Assembly (NCBI GenBank): GCA_951406725.2
Contig: OX597814.1
Span: 141,236,001-141,300,000 of the forward strand
Reading direction: 5' to 3'
From: Octopus vulgaris
Lineage: Eukaryota
Length of the DNA stretch: 64,000 bases
Shown: positions 52,119-64,000 of the stretch, piece by piece
Position numbering within the stretch: the first letter of the stretch is position 1
Layout of the letters: every line of letters begins with the position of its first letter
Program-made: the position numbers and the translations under genes
Notes under the pieces: model-generated
Told to the model about the DNA's origin: nothing
Seen by the model: only the letters and a program-made list of their open reading frames with translations
Databases searched by the model: none

Positions 52119-52880
52119 AGGCGGCGAGCTGGCAGAAACGTTAGCACACCGGGCGAATTGCTTAGCGGTAAGTCGTCCGCCGTTACATACTGAGTTCAAA
52201 TTCCGCTGAGGTCGACTTTGCCTTTCATCCTTTCGGGGTCTGTTAAATAAGTACCAGTTACGCACTGGGGTCGATATAATCGACTTAATCCGTTTGTCTG
52301 TCCTTGTTTGTCATCTCTGTGTTTAGCCCCTTGTGGGTAGTAAAGTAATAGGTATTTCGTCTGCCGCTACGTTCTGAGTTCAAATTCCGCCGAGGTCGAC
52401 TTTGCCTTTCATCCTTTCGGGGTCGATTAAATAAGTACCAGTTAACACTGGGGTCGATATAATCGACTTAATCCGTTTGTCTGTCCTTGTTTGTCTCTTC
52501 TGTGTTTAGTCCCTTGTAGGTAGTAAAGAAATAGGTATTTCGTCTGCCGCTACGTTCTGAGTTCAAATTCCACCGAGGTCGACTTTGCCTTTCATCCTTT
52601 CGGGGTCTGTTAAATAAGTACCAGTTACGCACTGGGGTCGATATAATCGACTTAATTCGTTTGTCTGTCCTTGTTTGTCCCTTCTGAGTTTAGTCCCTTG
52701 TAGGTAGTAAAGAAATATGTATTTTGTCTGTCTTTACGTTCTGTGTTCAGATTCCGCCGACTTTGCCTTTCATCCTTTCGGGATCGATAAATTAAATACC
52801 AGTTGCGTACTGGGGTCTATCTAATCGACTGGCTCCGCCTCCCCCAAAAATTCGGACCTTGTACCAAGAGTAGAAAAGAA
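52119..52880 (+). mobile_element. Tetrameric Nin-domain SINE (head + 3 A units + B unit)
   Basis: ~180-bp period; junctions close to AAAGAAATAGGTATTTCG. Confidence 0.9.
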
Positions 52881-53343
52881 TATTTCTTGTAATGTTAATC
52901 AATCGCCATTTCAGGTGACTTTTGAGTAAATGTAAGAGCGAAAAATAATCACTAAAATTGTTGCAGTTTGAACATCGCTATTCATTATCATGCTGCATTG
53001 CAGTTGGCAACATCTTCTTTCTCCTCCTCCTCATCATCAGTACCATCAACAACTGTAAAATAAACGATAGTAACAACAAACACTAGAAACCTCATCGGAT
53101 AATTAATTAACAACCAAAATTAATTGCTCTTTTATGATGTTCTTAAAACAGTCAATCAAATTAATTTGATACGGTTATCCTGCCTATCTCAGAGGTCTTT
53201 CCCCTATGAGCCATGAACCCCTGCTTATATTGTTTGAAGTGATTTTCAGAAGTTCATTACCTGTTGTCATTGCCCAATTAATGGCATGCATTTCCCCCTA
53301 TAAGCTCTGAGCACTTTCAAAATTATTGCTAATTATCATTTTA

Positions 53344-53577
53344 AAGGCGGCGAGCTGGCAGAAACGTTAGCACGCCGGGCGAAATGCTTAGCGGCATTTC
53401 GTCTGTCGTTACGTTCTGAGTTCAAATTCCGCCGAGGTCGACTTTGCCTTTCATCCTTTCGGGTTCGATAAATTAAGTACCAGTACGCACTGGCGTCGAT
53501 CTAATCGACTTAATCCCTTTGTCTGTCCTTGTTTGTCCCCTCTATGTTTAGCCCCTTGTGGGCAATAAAGAAATAAC
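53344..53577 (+). mobile_element. Young Nin-domain SINE monomer with 15-bp TSD
   Basis: CTAATTATCATTTTA on both sides. Confidence 0.9.
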
Positions 53578-54377
53578 TAATTATCATTTTACGTTATAAT
53601 TGTGAATACTGTAATAATAGTGTCAAATCTTGGCAGAAGGTCAGAAATATTATCTGATTTCGAGTACCAAAGTTACATATCTTAAAAGAAAAGAAAAAAG
53701 CGAACAAATACGCGTTACCGTGATACTAGGCTCGGGAGTGATTCAATAATAGAACATAAAGACAAATGAAACGCCGCTAAGCATTTTCCCCGGAGTACTG
53801 ACGATTCTGCCAGCTCGCCGTCTTATGGTTATTGCAAAAATGATTTCTACTTGAGATACAAGGACCGAAATTTTGGGGGAGGGGAACTAATCGATCACAT
53901 CGATCCCAGTGATCAACTGGTACTTATTTTAAAGACCCGAAAAGAGATGAAATTTAAAGTCGACTTCAGCGGCATTTGAACTCAGAACGTATAGACGGAC
54001 GAAATACCGCTAAGCATTTTTCTCGGTGTGCTGACGATTTTGCCAGCTTGCCGCATTATGGATACCGTGTGAATAGTTTCACTACGTCAGAGATGTTACC
54101 TTCATAGATCAGTGAATAGGAGGACACGAACACCAGAGGACCAATCTCGTAAACATGGGATCGAATGTAGGATTGTATCCCTGTGGATCCTAATTTCACT
54201 GGGGTAGAATTTTCAAAGTATGACGTGATTATTTTGTTCGTAGAAGACATTCTTTAGAATCAGCCATAAAACCACAGCTCTTATAGCTTAATGTATAAGA
54301 ACAGCGTCAGAGCTTTTGAGCAAATGTCCTTTTCTTTAGCCATATCTTGTGAATACCTTATGAATGAGACTCTATAG

Positions 54378-54687
54378 CAGTAGTTCCCAAACTTTTTCAG
54401 GCTGCTACCACCTTGGTTCTAAGGCCACATTCCTAGTGCCCCCACCTCTCACCATCACAGGCACAGATCATTTTCTGCTGCAAATTCAAAACAACAGTAT
54501 TTAGCAAATAAAATTTAACCTAATTAACCATTTATTTTGTTTGGTCTTATTTTTACATCCATTGCCTCGTTTTGGTCACCCCATTACCGCCCAATTTTTC
54601 TTCAACCGCTCCCCCTTAGATCTTCAACGCCCCTTGGATCTTTCCATCGGCCCCAGGGGGCGGTACCGCCCACTTTGGGAACCAGTG
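54378..54687. mobile_element. hAT MITE
   Basis: TIRs CAGTAGTTCCCAAAC and CTTTGGGAACCAGTG; 8-bp TSD (C/T)TCTATAG. Confidence 0.85.
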
Positions 54688-55669
54688 TTCTATAGAAATT
54701 CGTTGGGTGGATTGTACCATTAACTGAAAACATACAATTTTGTCCCACACTGTGTCATGCTGATTTTGAATGCGCGTGGCTTAGTGGTTAGAGTATTCGG
54801 CTCAGGATCGTAAGGTCGTTGAGTTCGATACCTGGTGGTACGTTGGGACCTTGAGCCAGACAATTTATTTCACGTTGCTCCAGTCCGGTCAACTGGCAAA
54901 AAGTGAATAGTACTTGTATTTCAAAGAGCCAGTCTTGTCAATTTCTGGGTCACGCTGAATCTCCCTGAGAACTACATTAAAGGTATGTATATCTGTGGAG
55001 TACTCAGCCACTTTCATGTTAATTTACCGAGCAGGCTGTTCCGTTGATCCGAACCACTGGAATCCTCATTGTCATAACCGACGGAGAGCCAGTCACGCTG
55101 GTTCTACTTGAAAATTAGGTTAAGGGTAGACGATTTTTCATGGGTAGCCATATACCAAGTCGATCTTCATTCGGATGACATAACTTACAGTCAAAAGTAT
55201 TCCAACCTTAAATACATCTTCCAATTTAAGATGCAGTGTATTTACGATTCCATAATGCAAACTGTTCTTTCCTTTTCTACGTAACACGATAGTATACGAG
55301 CGAAATTTGGCTGCTGTTTATAACGGGACCAGTAGATATTCCATCCTTAGTTCGTTGTTGTAGCTGATGTCCATATTAGTGTTATTAGTGATAGCGTTGT
55401 AATCTCTGAGACGATAAATCATAATAGAGAAGACATTACATCTATTATTGAACCAAGAGTTACTCTCATATATCTGTCTTGTAATTTCAAGAGTAACACA
55501 AACGTCGCAGCGAGAGTGTTTATTAAACTGATATCAGTAAGAATACTGGAAAAAAATGTAACACTGATAAACGTCACTAAATTTGTATAGTTCGAACATT
55601 ATCATTCATTATCATGTTTCATTGTAGTTTGAAGCATCATAAGAATAATTTATGTTCTGCGCCACTTGT

Positions 55670-55743
55670 GGCTCCGTAACTGAGTTCGTTAGACCGTCAG
55701 TTTAGTAAACTGGAGGTCGAGTGTTCGAATCTCTCCAGAGCCT
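55670..55743 (+). pseudogene. Decayed tRNA-Thr(AGT)
   Basis: Full length but D-arm/A-box mutated and an acceptor-stem mismatch. Confidence 0.8.
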
Positions 55744-56539
55744 AATAATACTGAGGTTCTTTTGCTTTTTCAGCTTTTGTACAGTCATATTATTTCTGAT
55801 AGGCATACAAGTTCAAATAATTATTATTTATAGTAATATTAATCAATCATGCCATTCTCTCTTTTTTTGTGTTCCGCATTCAAATTCATAGAAGTTACAA
55901 TTGAATTCTTACGTTTTCAACTACGTCACAGCCGGACTTGCTAGACTCAAGCAGTGAAATCTATTTCAATAATCTCAATATAGTGTTTAAAATGTGAAAA
56001 ATAGATGAGGTGGTTTAGATAGAACATCTGAGGACATTTGTGCTAGTTATCAAAGTAAGAAATGTTATATCTCATTTATTAAGTACCAATATGATCATTA
56101 CCCCGTCATAAAATAGAATCTCGTACGTTACGAAAATATGAAAAACATAATGTATCACCATTTCTATTACCCTCATTGAGGTCACACATCTGGAAATGTT
56201 TGACGATTTTAGAGATGGGTGTAGGGTGCCGTCAGCAGATTTTAAGCCTTACTTTTCAGAAATTATAACCCTGTTATTGGCAACCATGAAATAATTATGA
56301 GTAATTGAGGTGAAAATGTGGCAACTTTTATGTATTTTATAATTGGTTAATCAAAGTAAATGAAGCTGTGAAGGTTTTATTGTTTTAGGTACAAAAAGTG
56401 AGGAATATCATTAGAAATATAATTTGTCGTGGCTGGCAACAGGCGCCAATTTGCGGACAAGGAATGGTATTTGATTCGTATCTGTTTTATCGATCCCAAA
56501 AGTATAAAAGAGAATGCTGACTTCGTTGGGAATAGGCCT

Positions 56540-56790
56540 CAGCTATCCTCCTCTTCCTCTTCCTCATTTTTCTCTTCTACTCCTCTCTCTCCTCTTCATT
56601 ATCATTCTTCCATACTACGACCACCACGACCACAAACACGTCGACGACCACGACGACCACGACGACCACTGCCACAATCACCACCAGCATTAGCATCACC
56701 TGTACCACCAGCACCAGTAGCACTTGCAGCAGCAGCACCACCACCAGCAGCAGTATCACCACCACCACCACCACCACCATTATCCTCATC
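56540..56790. repeat. Degenerate (CCA/CAG/CGA)n low-complexity tract
   Basis: Trinucleotide mosaic; a similar tract lies at ~1965-2225. Confidence 0.85.
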
Positions 56791-57224
56791 AACAAGAATA
56801 ACAAGGAAAAAAAGCAACTTGAAATTAGCAACAGCTATATGAAGACACTAGAAACTTCTTCGGGGACAATGATTATTGATTAACTACCAAAATCAATTGT
56901 TCTTTTATGATTGACGATGTTCTTAAACCGATCAATCTATTAGCAATTCGAGTGAATTTGATATGGTTATCCAGTCCATCTCAATGGTCCTTCCTCATGA
57001 ACAATGAACCTACTACTTACATTGTATGATGTAATTGTTCAGTTCTTGATACGTGTCTTTTTCTATCAACCATAAACTCACTGTCCTTATTGATGATGTA
57101 ATTATTCTCTCCATGCCGCTGGTCTTTCCGTATCATGATTGCCGTAATTATCTAATGTAATTTCCCAGTTCATGGTATGCGTATATCATTTCGAGACTCG
57201 CAATAAAGAAGACGTTGTAACTTA

Positions 57225-57920
57225 TTGGTTTCAAATTTTGGCACAAAGCCAGCAGTTTCGAGGCTCAACTGGTACCTTTTTTTATCGACGCCGAAAGAAA
57301 TGAAAGGTGAAGTCGACCTCGGAGGAATTTGAACTCAAAACGTAAGGACGGAGGAAATGTTGCTAAGCTTTCGCCTGGCATATTAACGATTTTGCCAGCT
57401 CACTGCCTTCGTTATATCTTATATTTTTTTCTACTCAAGGTACAAGGCTCGAAATTTATGGGGAGGGAGCCAGTCGACTAGATCGACTCCAGTGCGCAAT
57501 TGGTACTTAATTTATCGACCCCGAAAGGATTAAAGGCAAAGTCGATCTCGGTGGAATTTGAACTCGGAACGTAAAGACAGACGAAATGCCTATTTCTATT
57601 TCTTTACTACCCACAAGGGGCTAAACATAGAGGGGACAAACAAACGGATTAAGTCGATTATATCGATCCCAGTGCGTAACTAGTACTTATTTAATCGACC
57701 CCGAAAGGATGAACGGCAAAGTCGACCTCGGCAGAACGTAACGGCAGACGAAATACGGCTACGCATTTCGCCCGGCATGCTAACGTTTCTGCCAGCTCGC
57801 CGCCTTTTTTTAGGCAAAGTTGACATAGGCGGAATTCGAACTCAGAAGGTAGAGACGGGCGAAATACCGCTAAGCATTTTTGTCCGGGGTGCTAACGATT
57901 ATGCCAGCTTGCCGCCTTCG
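57225..57920 (-). mobile_element. Cluster of Nin-domain SINEs
   Basis: Four bodies including an A/B dimer. Confidence 0.8.
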
Positions 57921-58389
57921 TTATATCTTATATTGAATCAGGAAAGTCACTCACATATCTTACCTTTAATCTCTACAGTAATCAGACGTTGTTGTTAGTT
58001 TTTTAAAGTGACTCGACTTAAAATAACAAGATATCACCATAGCAACAATAAACATTATTATAATTACTGTCTACTATTTGGAGTCTTATAATAGTGTAAT
58101 ATTTTATGTAACAATTGATTAAATCATCATAATTTTTCAGCTCTTCCCTGTGTGTTTCTATAGATCATTTGACTGGAGTGTCCAGTCTAATAAACTACAA
58201 GTTGCGCATTCAATCAGTTATTGAGTTTAATACTATGGTTAAAGCTATCTTTAAAAATATGTTTTAGTCAGCCTGTTTTTTAAACAAAATTAATTGGTTT
58301 ACTATTAGATGTTCGAAATCCAGAACGCAAGTATTATATAATACTCAGTTCTAGAATCTTATTTTTTTTCGGAAAATCAACGGCTTAAA

Positions 58390-59350
58390 AGGATAAAGAC
58401 ATACTGTTTCAACAAAAAATGGAAAGAACAATCTTTGTTCGTAATGATTAAAGAGGAATGCACGCGTTTAATTTGCCACACAAAAGCAACGGATTTATTT
58501 TTTTAGAACGTTGATTTCTTCAATTTTTGCTGCTTCTATCAGAGTGTTTCAGATATCGCGTATAATTGCGAAACATAAAAGTAAAATTGTAAGGTAAAAG
58601 AGCAACAAAAAATAAAAACAAAATCACAGAACAAAAACAATTTGAAGATAGTAGAACATTGAGTGAATCTTTTTTGGAAGCTAGTAATTCGATATTTGCA
58701 AATTTTAGAAACAAAACAGATACAGTAAATGCAAAAAGTGAGTCACAGTTATGAAGTAAAACCGTGACTAAAAAGATTGCAACCGCCTCTGATGATATTA
58801 CTAAAGTATTTATTCTATGTAACACAATTTCAGCGAATAGACATTTCTCGTTGCAAATAGATGAGTCAGCAGATAATAATGGTTTCAAAATTTCGCACAA
58901 GACTAGCAATTTAGGGGAAGGGGATTACTCGATTACTAAGACCCCAAAAATCGACTAATATTTATTTAATCGACCACGAAAAGATGAAAGGCAAAGCGTA
59001 CCTCAGCGGAATTTGAACTCAGAACGTAAAGACGGACGAAATGCTGCTAAGCATTTTGCCAGCGTGCTAACGGTTTTGCCAGGTCGCCGCCCTGATTCAG
59101 CAGATAATATTGGTAACAAATTTTGGCACAAGGCCAGTAATTTCGGAGAAGGGGATTAGTCGGACACATCGATCCTCAATGCTATGCTGGTACTTATTTT
59201 ATCGACTACGAAAAGCTGAAGTCGACATCTGCAGAATTTGAATTCAGAATATAAAGACAGATGAACTACTACTAAGCATTTTGCCCGATTTGCTAACGAT
59301 TCTGTCAATTTGTAGATGATGTACATAACACAAATGTGTATTTATATTTG
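58390..59350 (+). pseudogene. hAT (Buster/Charlie-type) transposase fossil, N-terminal part
   Basis: KTYCFNKKWKEQ..F.MIKE.C..LIC; ESFLEASNSIFANFRNK...QL*SKTVTKKI...FSLQIDESAD; resumes after two SINEs as TQMCIYI. Confidence 0.75.
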
Positions 59351-59352
59351 AA

Positions 59353-59390
59353 CTAGCTGGCCCCCGCGCCGTCAAAAATGACGGCTAATG
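59353..59390 (-). mobile_element. 3' end of a second Helitron family
   Basis: Minus-strand hairpin GCCGTCA-TTTT-TGACGGC followed by ...CAGCTAG then T; 5' end not located. Confidence 0.5.
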
Positions 59391-59622
59391 GTAGTATTTT
59401 ATATACAAATAAGGACAAAAAAATAGAATATGGTAATTCAAATTAATACACTACTTCTCAATGCTATCTAGAGGTTGTATTTTGAGATGTGACATCGATT
59501 CATACAAACATTTACATACTTCCCTTGTACACGCACACATATACACACATATACTCACACAGAGTTGAAACGCTGTTTGATTTTTCTTTTCAGCGTTGAA
59601 TGTTTATCATCCCACAACACTT

Positions 59623-59680
<58 letters not shown>

Positions 59681-60620
59681 TTTCACATACCTTCCTTTTA
59701 CATACACACACATATACTCACACGAAGTTGAAACACTGATTTGTTTTTTCACCGTAGAATTACCATCACCCCTTTCCTTCCTTATTCATCTATCATCCCT
59801 TCCTTCCTCATTCATATGTTGTTACGGAGAAATACACAAGAGTATTATTATAGTAGATGGTGTTTGATAATTACATTGCTAACGAAGATTTGTTACACAT
59901 GTTTCCACTACAAGGTGAGACTAAGAGAAATGTCTGATATTAAATAAAGTGTTACACATGCTATGCAAGTTAGCGACTCCAGTTCTCTGGAGCTACTAGG
60001 TTTGATGTGTCTATCTATAATATAAATTGGACATGGGCGATCGTTGTATTCTTTCTTGTTTTGTGGTTCACAGCCAAACGGCTGGGTGGATCCGCTTAAA
60101 AAATGGCACACGTATGGAGACGGGTGCATAGATAGGAATGCGGTTTGTAATTTTTTCGTAGCCCCCATAGTTACCGAGAAAAATCGATGAAAACTTTTCT
60201 AATGGAATTCCGCTGTTTGTTACGCCATGAAAACAACCAGTTGCTCACACAGCCGGCATATACTATTTCGCTAGCAACAAGAGAGTCTGCCAAAACTTTC
60301 ACTATGCTGTCTCTCTTCTTTCACCTCTTTGTGGGATTGATAATCTTAATCTTTACTTACAGTTTCTCACTCAACCTACATAATAGGCAGAATTGTTCGA
60401 TTAAGATAGTAGGGCGTTTTGAGGGAGATTTGGCTGCTATTTCTACCAGGTCTAGCTACCATGTAGAGGTTTGAACTTAATATTCATTCACATATTTGCA
60501 TTTTAAATTAATCTTTTCCTTAAATAAACTATCATCTATCTCTCTTTCTCACCCTCTTTCTCAAATACACACACGCAAGCACGCACACACACGTCCATTT
60601 CACATATATATCTTCTTTCA

Positions 60621-61370
60621 ATTTCCAGGAAGTTCCATCCGCGGAACGTTCCAGGATGTCCGCAATGCCTTATAACTTTCCAGGAAATCCCTAATCCTCG
60701 AAACTTTCCAGGATATCACATCCTCGGAACTTTCCAAGGAGTCAAACCATCGGAACTTCCCGGGAAGTCCCATTATCGGAACTTTCCATGATATCCTCGG
60801 AACCTTCCGGGGACGTCCCATCCGCGGAACGTTCCAGGGTGTCCACAAAGCCTTATAACTTTCCAGGAAATCCCTAATCCTCGAAAATTTCCAGGAAGTC
60901 CCATCCTCGTAACTTTCCAGAAAGTCCCAAATCCTCTTAACATTCCAGGAAGTCCCAAATCCTCGCAACTTTCCGTGATATCCTCGGAGCTTGCTATGAA
61001 GTCCCATTGAAGGAACTTTCCAGGAAGTCCCCAAACGCTCGGAACATTCCAGGAAGTCCCAAATTCTCGGAACTTTCCAGGAAGTCCCATCATCGGAATT
61101 TTCCATGATATCCTCGGATCTTTCCAGGAAGTCCCATCCGTGTAACTTTCCATGATGTCCCTAAATCCTCGGAACTTTCTAGGAAATCCCTAATCCTTGG
61201 AACTTTCCATGAAGTCCCAAATCCTCGGAATTTTCCAAGAAGTCTTCAAATCCTTGCAACTTTCCAGTAAATCTCTAATCCTCGGAACTTTCCAGGAAGT
61301 TACAAATCCGTAGAAAGTTCCGAGGAAGTCGCATTCTTGGAAATTTTCATGATATCCTCGGAACTTTCGA
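60621..61370. repeat. Minisatellite, consensus ~ATCCTCGGAACTTTCCAGGAAGTCCC(AA), ~20-30-bp units
   Basis: Tandem degenerate units; explains ORFs 60618..61106 and 60773..61153. Confidence 0.93.
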
Positions 61371-61399
61371 ATTCGAGAGCTTAATGAGATATCTAACCC

Positions 61400-62317
61400 A
61401 CAGTAAGGAAACATTGCTAGTGTCAGTTTGGAACGAGGGAGTATTGAAAGCAGAGAAAAAAGAAAAAGCAAATGAAGAAGTACATAAAGGACATAAAGAA
61501 GCATTACACAACAAGGGTCTACACAGTTAATTCCATGTAGCCACAATAAATAGGTGGGACTGGCTGAAAAAAAGAACACTAAAAAAAGAGCCCGAGAGCA
61601 CTATACTCACAGCACAAGACCAAGCTTTGGCCACGAACTGAAGAGTCAACCATAATAATGAGCTCTCCGCTGTGCTGCATCTGTAACAGAGTGGCTGAAA
61701 CCATTGCCCATATCACGAACGAACGCCCTAGACTTTCCCGAGACTAGTACAAGTTGTAGCGACACGATCAGGTAGCGAACGTGCTTCACTGGAAACTGTG
61801 CGAAAAGTGGGGGCTAGAGAGAGGCGAGACGTAGTATGAGCACAGATCGCAGAGAGTGGAGACTAGCAAAATCCTCTGGGATTTCCCAATCCAAACAGAT
61901 CAGGTACTAGAGCATAACAGACCGGACCTAGTGGTGGTGGACAAGATGCACCACATGTACTATATAGTTGATGTTGCATGCCCCTTTGACTCACGAATAG
62001 TGAAGAAGGAAGACAAAAAAAAAATAAATACAACACTCTAATGTACGAAATAGCCCGGCTATGGTAAATGAAAAAGGCGGAGACAGTGCCAAGTATTATT
62101 GGGTCCTTGTGAACAGTATCAGAAGGCATAAAGGGGAATATAAAGGAAATTGGAACAGAGTGCCCAGGAGAACTGTTACAAAAGGTTTGCCTCATTGGCA
62201 CGGCCAGAATAATCAGAAAAGTATTAAATAGGTGAAAAGAAAGAATAGTATGGTACTGGATGCAGGTAGCAAGCCTGCAAGACTCCGGGAGCTCCAACAA
62301 AACCTGTGATAAAAAGA

Positions 62318-62318
<1 letters not shown>
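61400..62318 (+). pseudogene. R4/Dong-type LINE 3' portion ending in (TAA)n
   Basis: WDWLKK..LKKE.ES.I..AQDQALATN, CCHC-like CCIC...ETIAHI, RHDQVA.VLHWKLC and ILWDFPIQTD...HNRPDLVVVDK...DVACPFD, followed by a TAA run at 62318-62394. Confidence 0.88.
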
Positions 62319-62386
<68 letters not shown>

Positions 62387-62829
62387 TAATAATAGTGAGA
62401 ACTGTTGCTGCTCATGTATTTTAATTTAACTTTAAAAAAAAAAAAAAAAAAAATGAACGAACTACTGAGTTTGGTTTAATGGCCTACCAATATATACTAT
62501 GAGTTTCTTTGCCCTAGGAGTCGGGAAGACACTCGGCAAGAAATGGAAGAAAATAAATAAAAAAAAAAAAAATAATAATAATAATAATAATCCTTCCTGC
62601 TAAAAGAAATTTTTTGGAAGGGGGCTAGTCGATTACATCGACCCCAGTGTTTCATTGGTACTTAATTTATCGACTTCGAAAGGTTAAAAGGCAAAGTCGA
62701 TCCCGGCGGAAATTGAATTCAGAACTTAAGAAATGCCGCTGAGAATTTTTCCCGGCGTGCTAACGATTCTACTAGGTCATAGTGTATGTGTTTGTTACTG
62801 GTATAAGGCCTCACCCAATATACAACAGA

Positions 62830-63285
62830 AATAATTATCATCATCATCAAAGTTTGGCATTTACATCGAAGTTTTAGGAATTCTAAAAACAGAATTCGAT
62901 GTTTCACTTCCAAGATTTCAACCAGAACTAACAGAGGTAATTTTGCTTTTGCGTATTCGTTCAGCGAAACTGATGTAGGAGGAATTACTGCGAAGACAGC
63001 AGCAGCTATGATCAACTTAAATTCTATAGATGTAGGTAAGTTAATTAATGCTACAAAGCGATATGGAATTAAAACGAAGACACCTAGATTCCAACTTTCT
63101 GAAATTAGTTTCAGTTAAGAAATACTCAAATATTTAAAAAAACATAAAAGCTATAAGTTATTTTTGAAGACATGTTTACCTTCCACTAAATTTGTAAAGC
63201 ATTGTTCTATTACATGAATATAACGAAATTTAAACCAAGAAATGTTTTAACAAACGAACACCTAGAAAATTGTTTACCATCAATC
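62830..63285 (+). pseudogene. hAT transposase fossil, C-terminal dimerisation region
   Basis: LMLQSDMELK....SNF.KLV..KKY and CKALF.YMNITK.K.RN.LTNEHLENCL. Confidence 0.65.
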
Positions 63286-63645
63286 GTTGTGAAATTATAT
63301 ACCATAATACAAATATTTAACTATTTGCAATGTATATGTGCACGTGATTGATTTCTTTGAATCCATCATTTTCTTTTTTTTTTCTATTCTTTCGAATAAA
63401 TACATTCAAAATAAATTATTGATGTATAATAGAGACACACTGCTGATTCCCAAACGGTTAATTAAAATGGTGGTAATTGACTATTAATGTCGGTTTCTTG
63501 AATTCATTATATAGAGTTTAAATTCTTCGATTCCTTTTTAACAAGAATAATTTTTATTTTGTTGCAACTCTCAAGGGTCATAACGCAGGTAATAAGCACA
63601 CGCGCCGGTTTAGTTTCACTTTATCACCCGTCAATTTATTAGTTA

Positions 63646-64000
63646 CTAGCAGTATCGCCCGGCGTTGCTCGGGTTTGTAAGGGAAATAGCTATATAAGCA
63701 TTTTTAGAGATGTAAAGTATAATAGCCATCTCAATATGTCTAACCACAAATGGGGGGAGGGGGTGTTACTGTAGCTTTTCACGTTCTGAGATTTAATAAT
63801 AAATTTTTAGAGAGTTACTTCCCTTATATAGGCCAAAAATGCATTAAAAATGGGAAAAATTGATGGTAATTTTTTTTAAAATCGTAGACTCATCGTAGAC
63901 GCGCGCTAATACCCAGAAGGGCTCGATATGGATCACGACTATAAGATATCCGGTTTTGGTTAAACTGCACCGCAAAATGTGGGAGTAGTTAGGAATCTAA
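63646..64000 (-). mobile_element. Non-autonomous Helitron (same family as 42441-42953), runs off the window
   Basis: A-CTAGCAGTATCGCCCGGCGTTGCTCGGG 3' end and shared internal sequence. Confidence 0.82.

Noticed and set aside
56150-56300. GNV*RF resembling the SLC6 GNVWRF motif in the tRNA downstream flank
   Set aside because: Neighbouring residues do not match SLC6 and paralogous copies have stops in this frame.
56429-56842. Pro/Ala/Arg-rich ORF as a real protein
   Set aside because: Trinucleotide low-complexity tract open in several frames, with no splice or domain support.
60621-61370. CRISPR-like array or a real repeat-protein CDS
   Set aside because: There are no unique spacers and no cas genes; unit lengths vary out of frame and the context is eukaryotic.

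Overview
AT-rich, repeat-dense eukaryotic DNA with no intact protein-coding gene that I can support. The tRNA-derived SINE families, (TAA)n-associated R4/Dong-type LINE relics and microsatellites look like a coleoid cephalopod genome, most likely Octopus; this is an inference from recognised repeat families, not a database result. The main feature is a ~43 kb cluster (~15.6-58.2 kb) of tRNA-Thr(AGT) genes: 10 near-intact copies, 2 lesioned copies and more than 15 decayed copies. They sit in duplicated units that share conserved flanks and were amplified by tandem duplication and local inverted duplication. 11 of the 12 full copies have an unusual U52:pyrimidine-62 mismatch in the T-stem. The rest is nested transposon debris: Nin-domain SINE multimers with a recurring hairpin junction, CORE-like and tRNA-Arg-like SINEs, Tx1/L1, CRE and R4/Dong LINE fossils, a mellifera-type mariner, Tigger, hAT and Helitron elements. 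There are also Penelope-type minimal hammerhead ribozyme motifs, a minisatellite carrying STAT and kappaB-like motifs, and a decayed sequence that seems to encode a ~62-66 aa repeat. Most ORFs in the supplied track are spurious readings through repeats.
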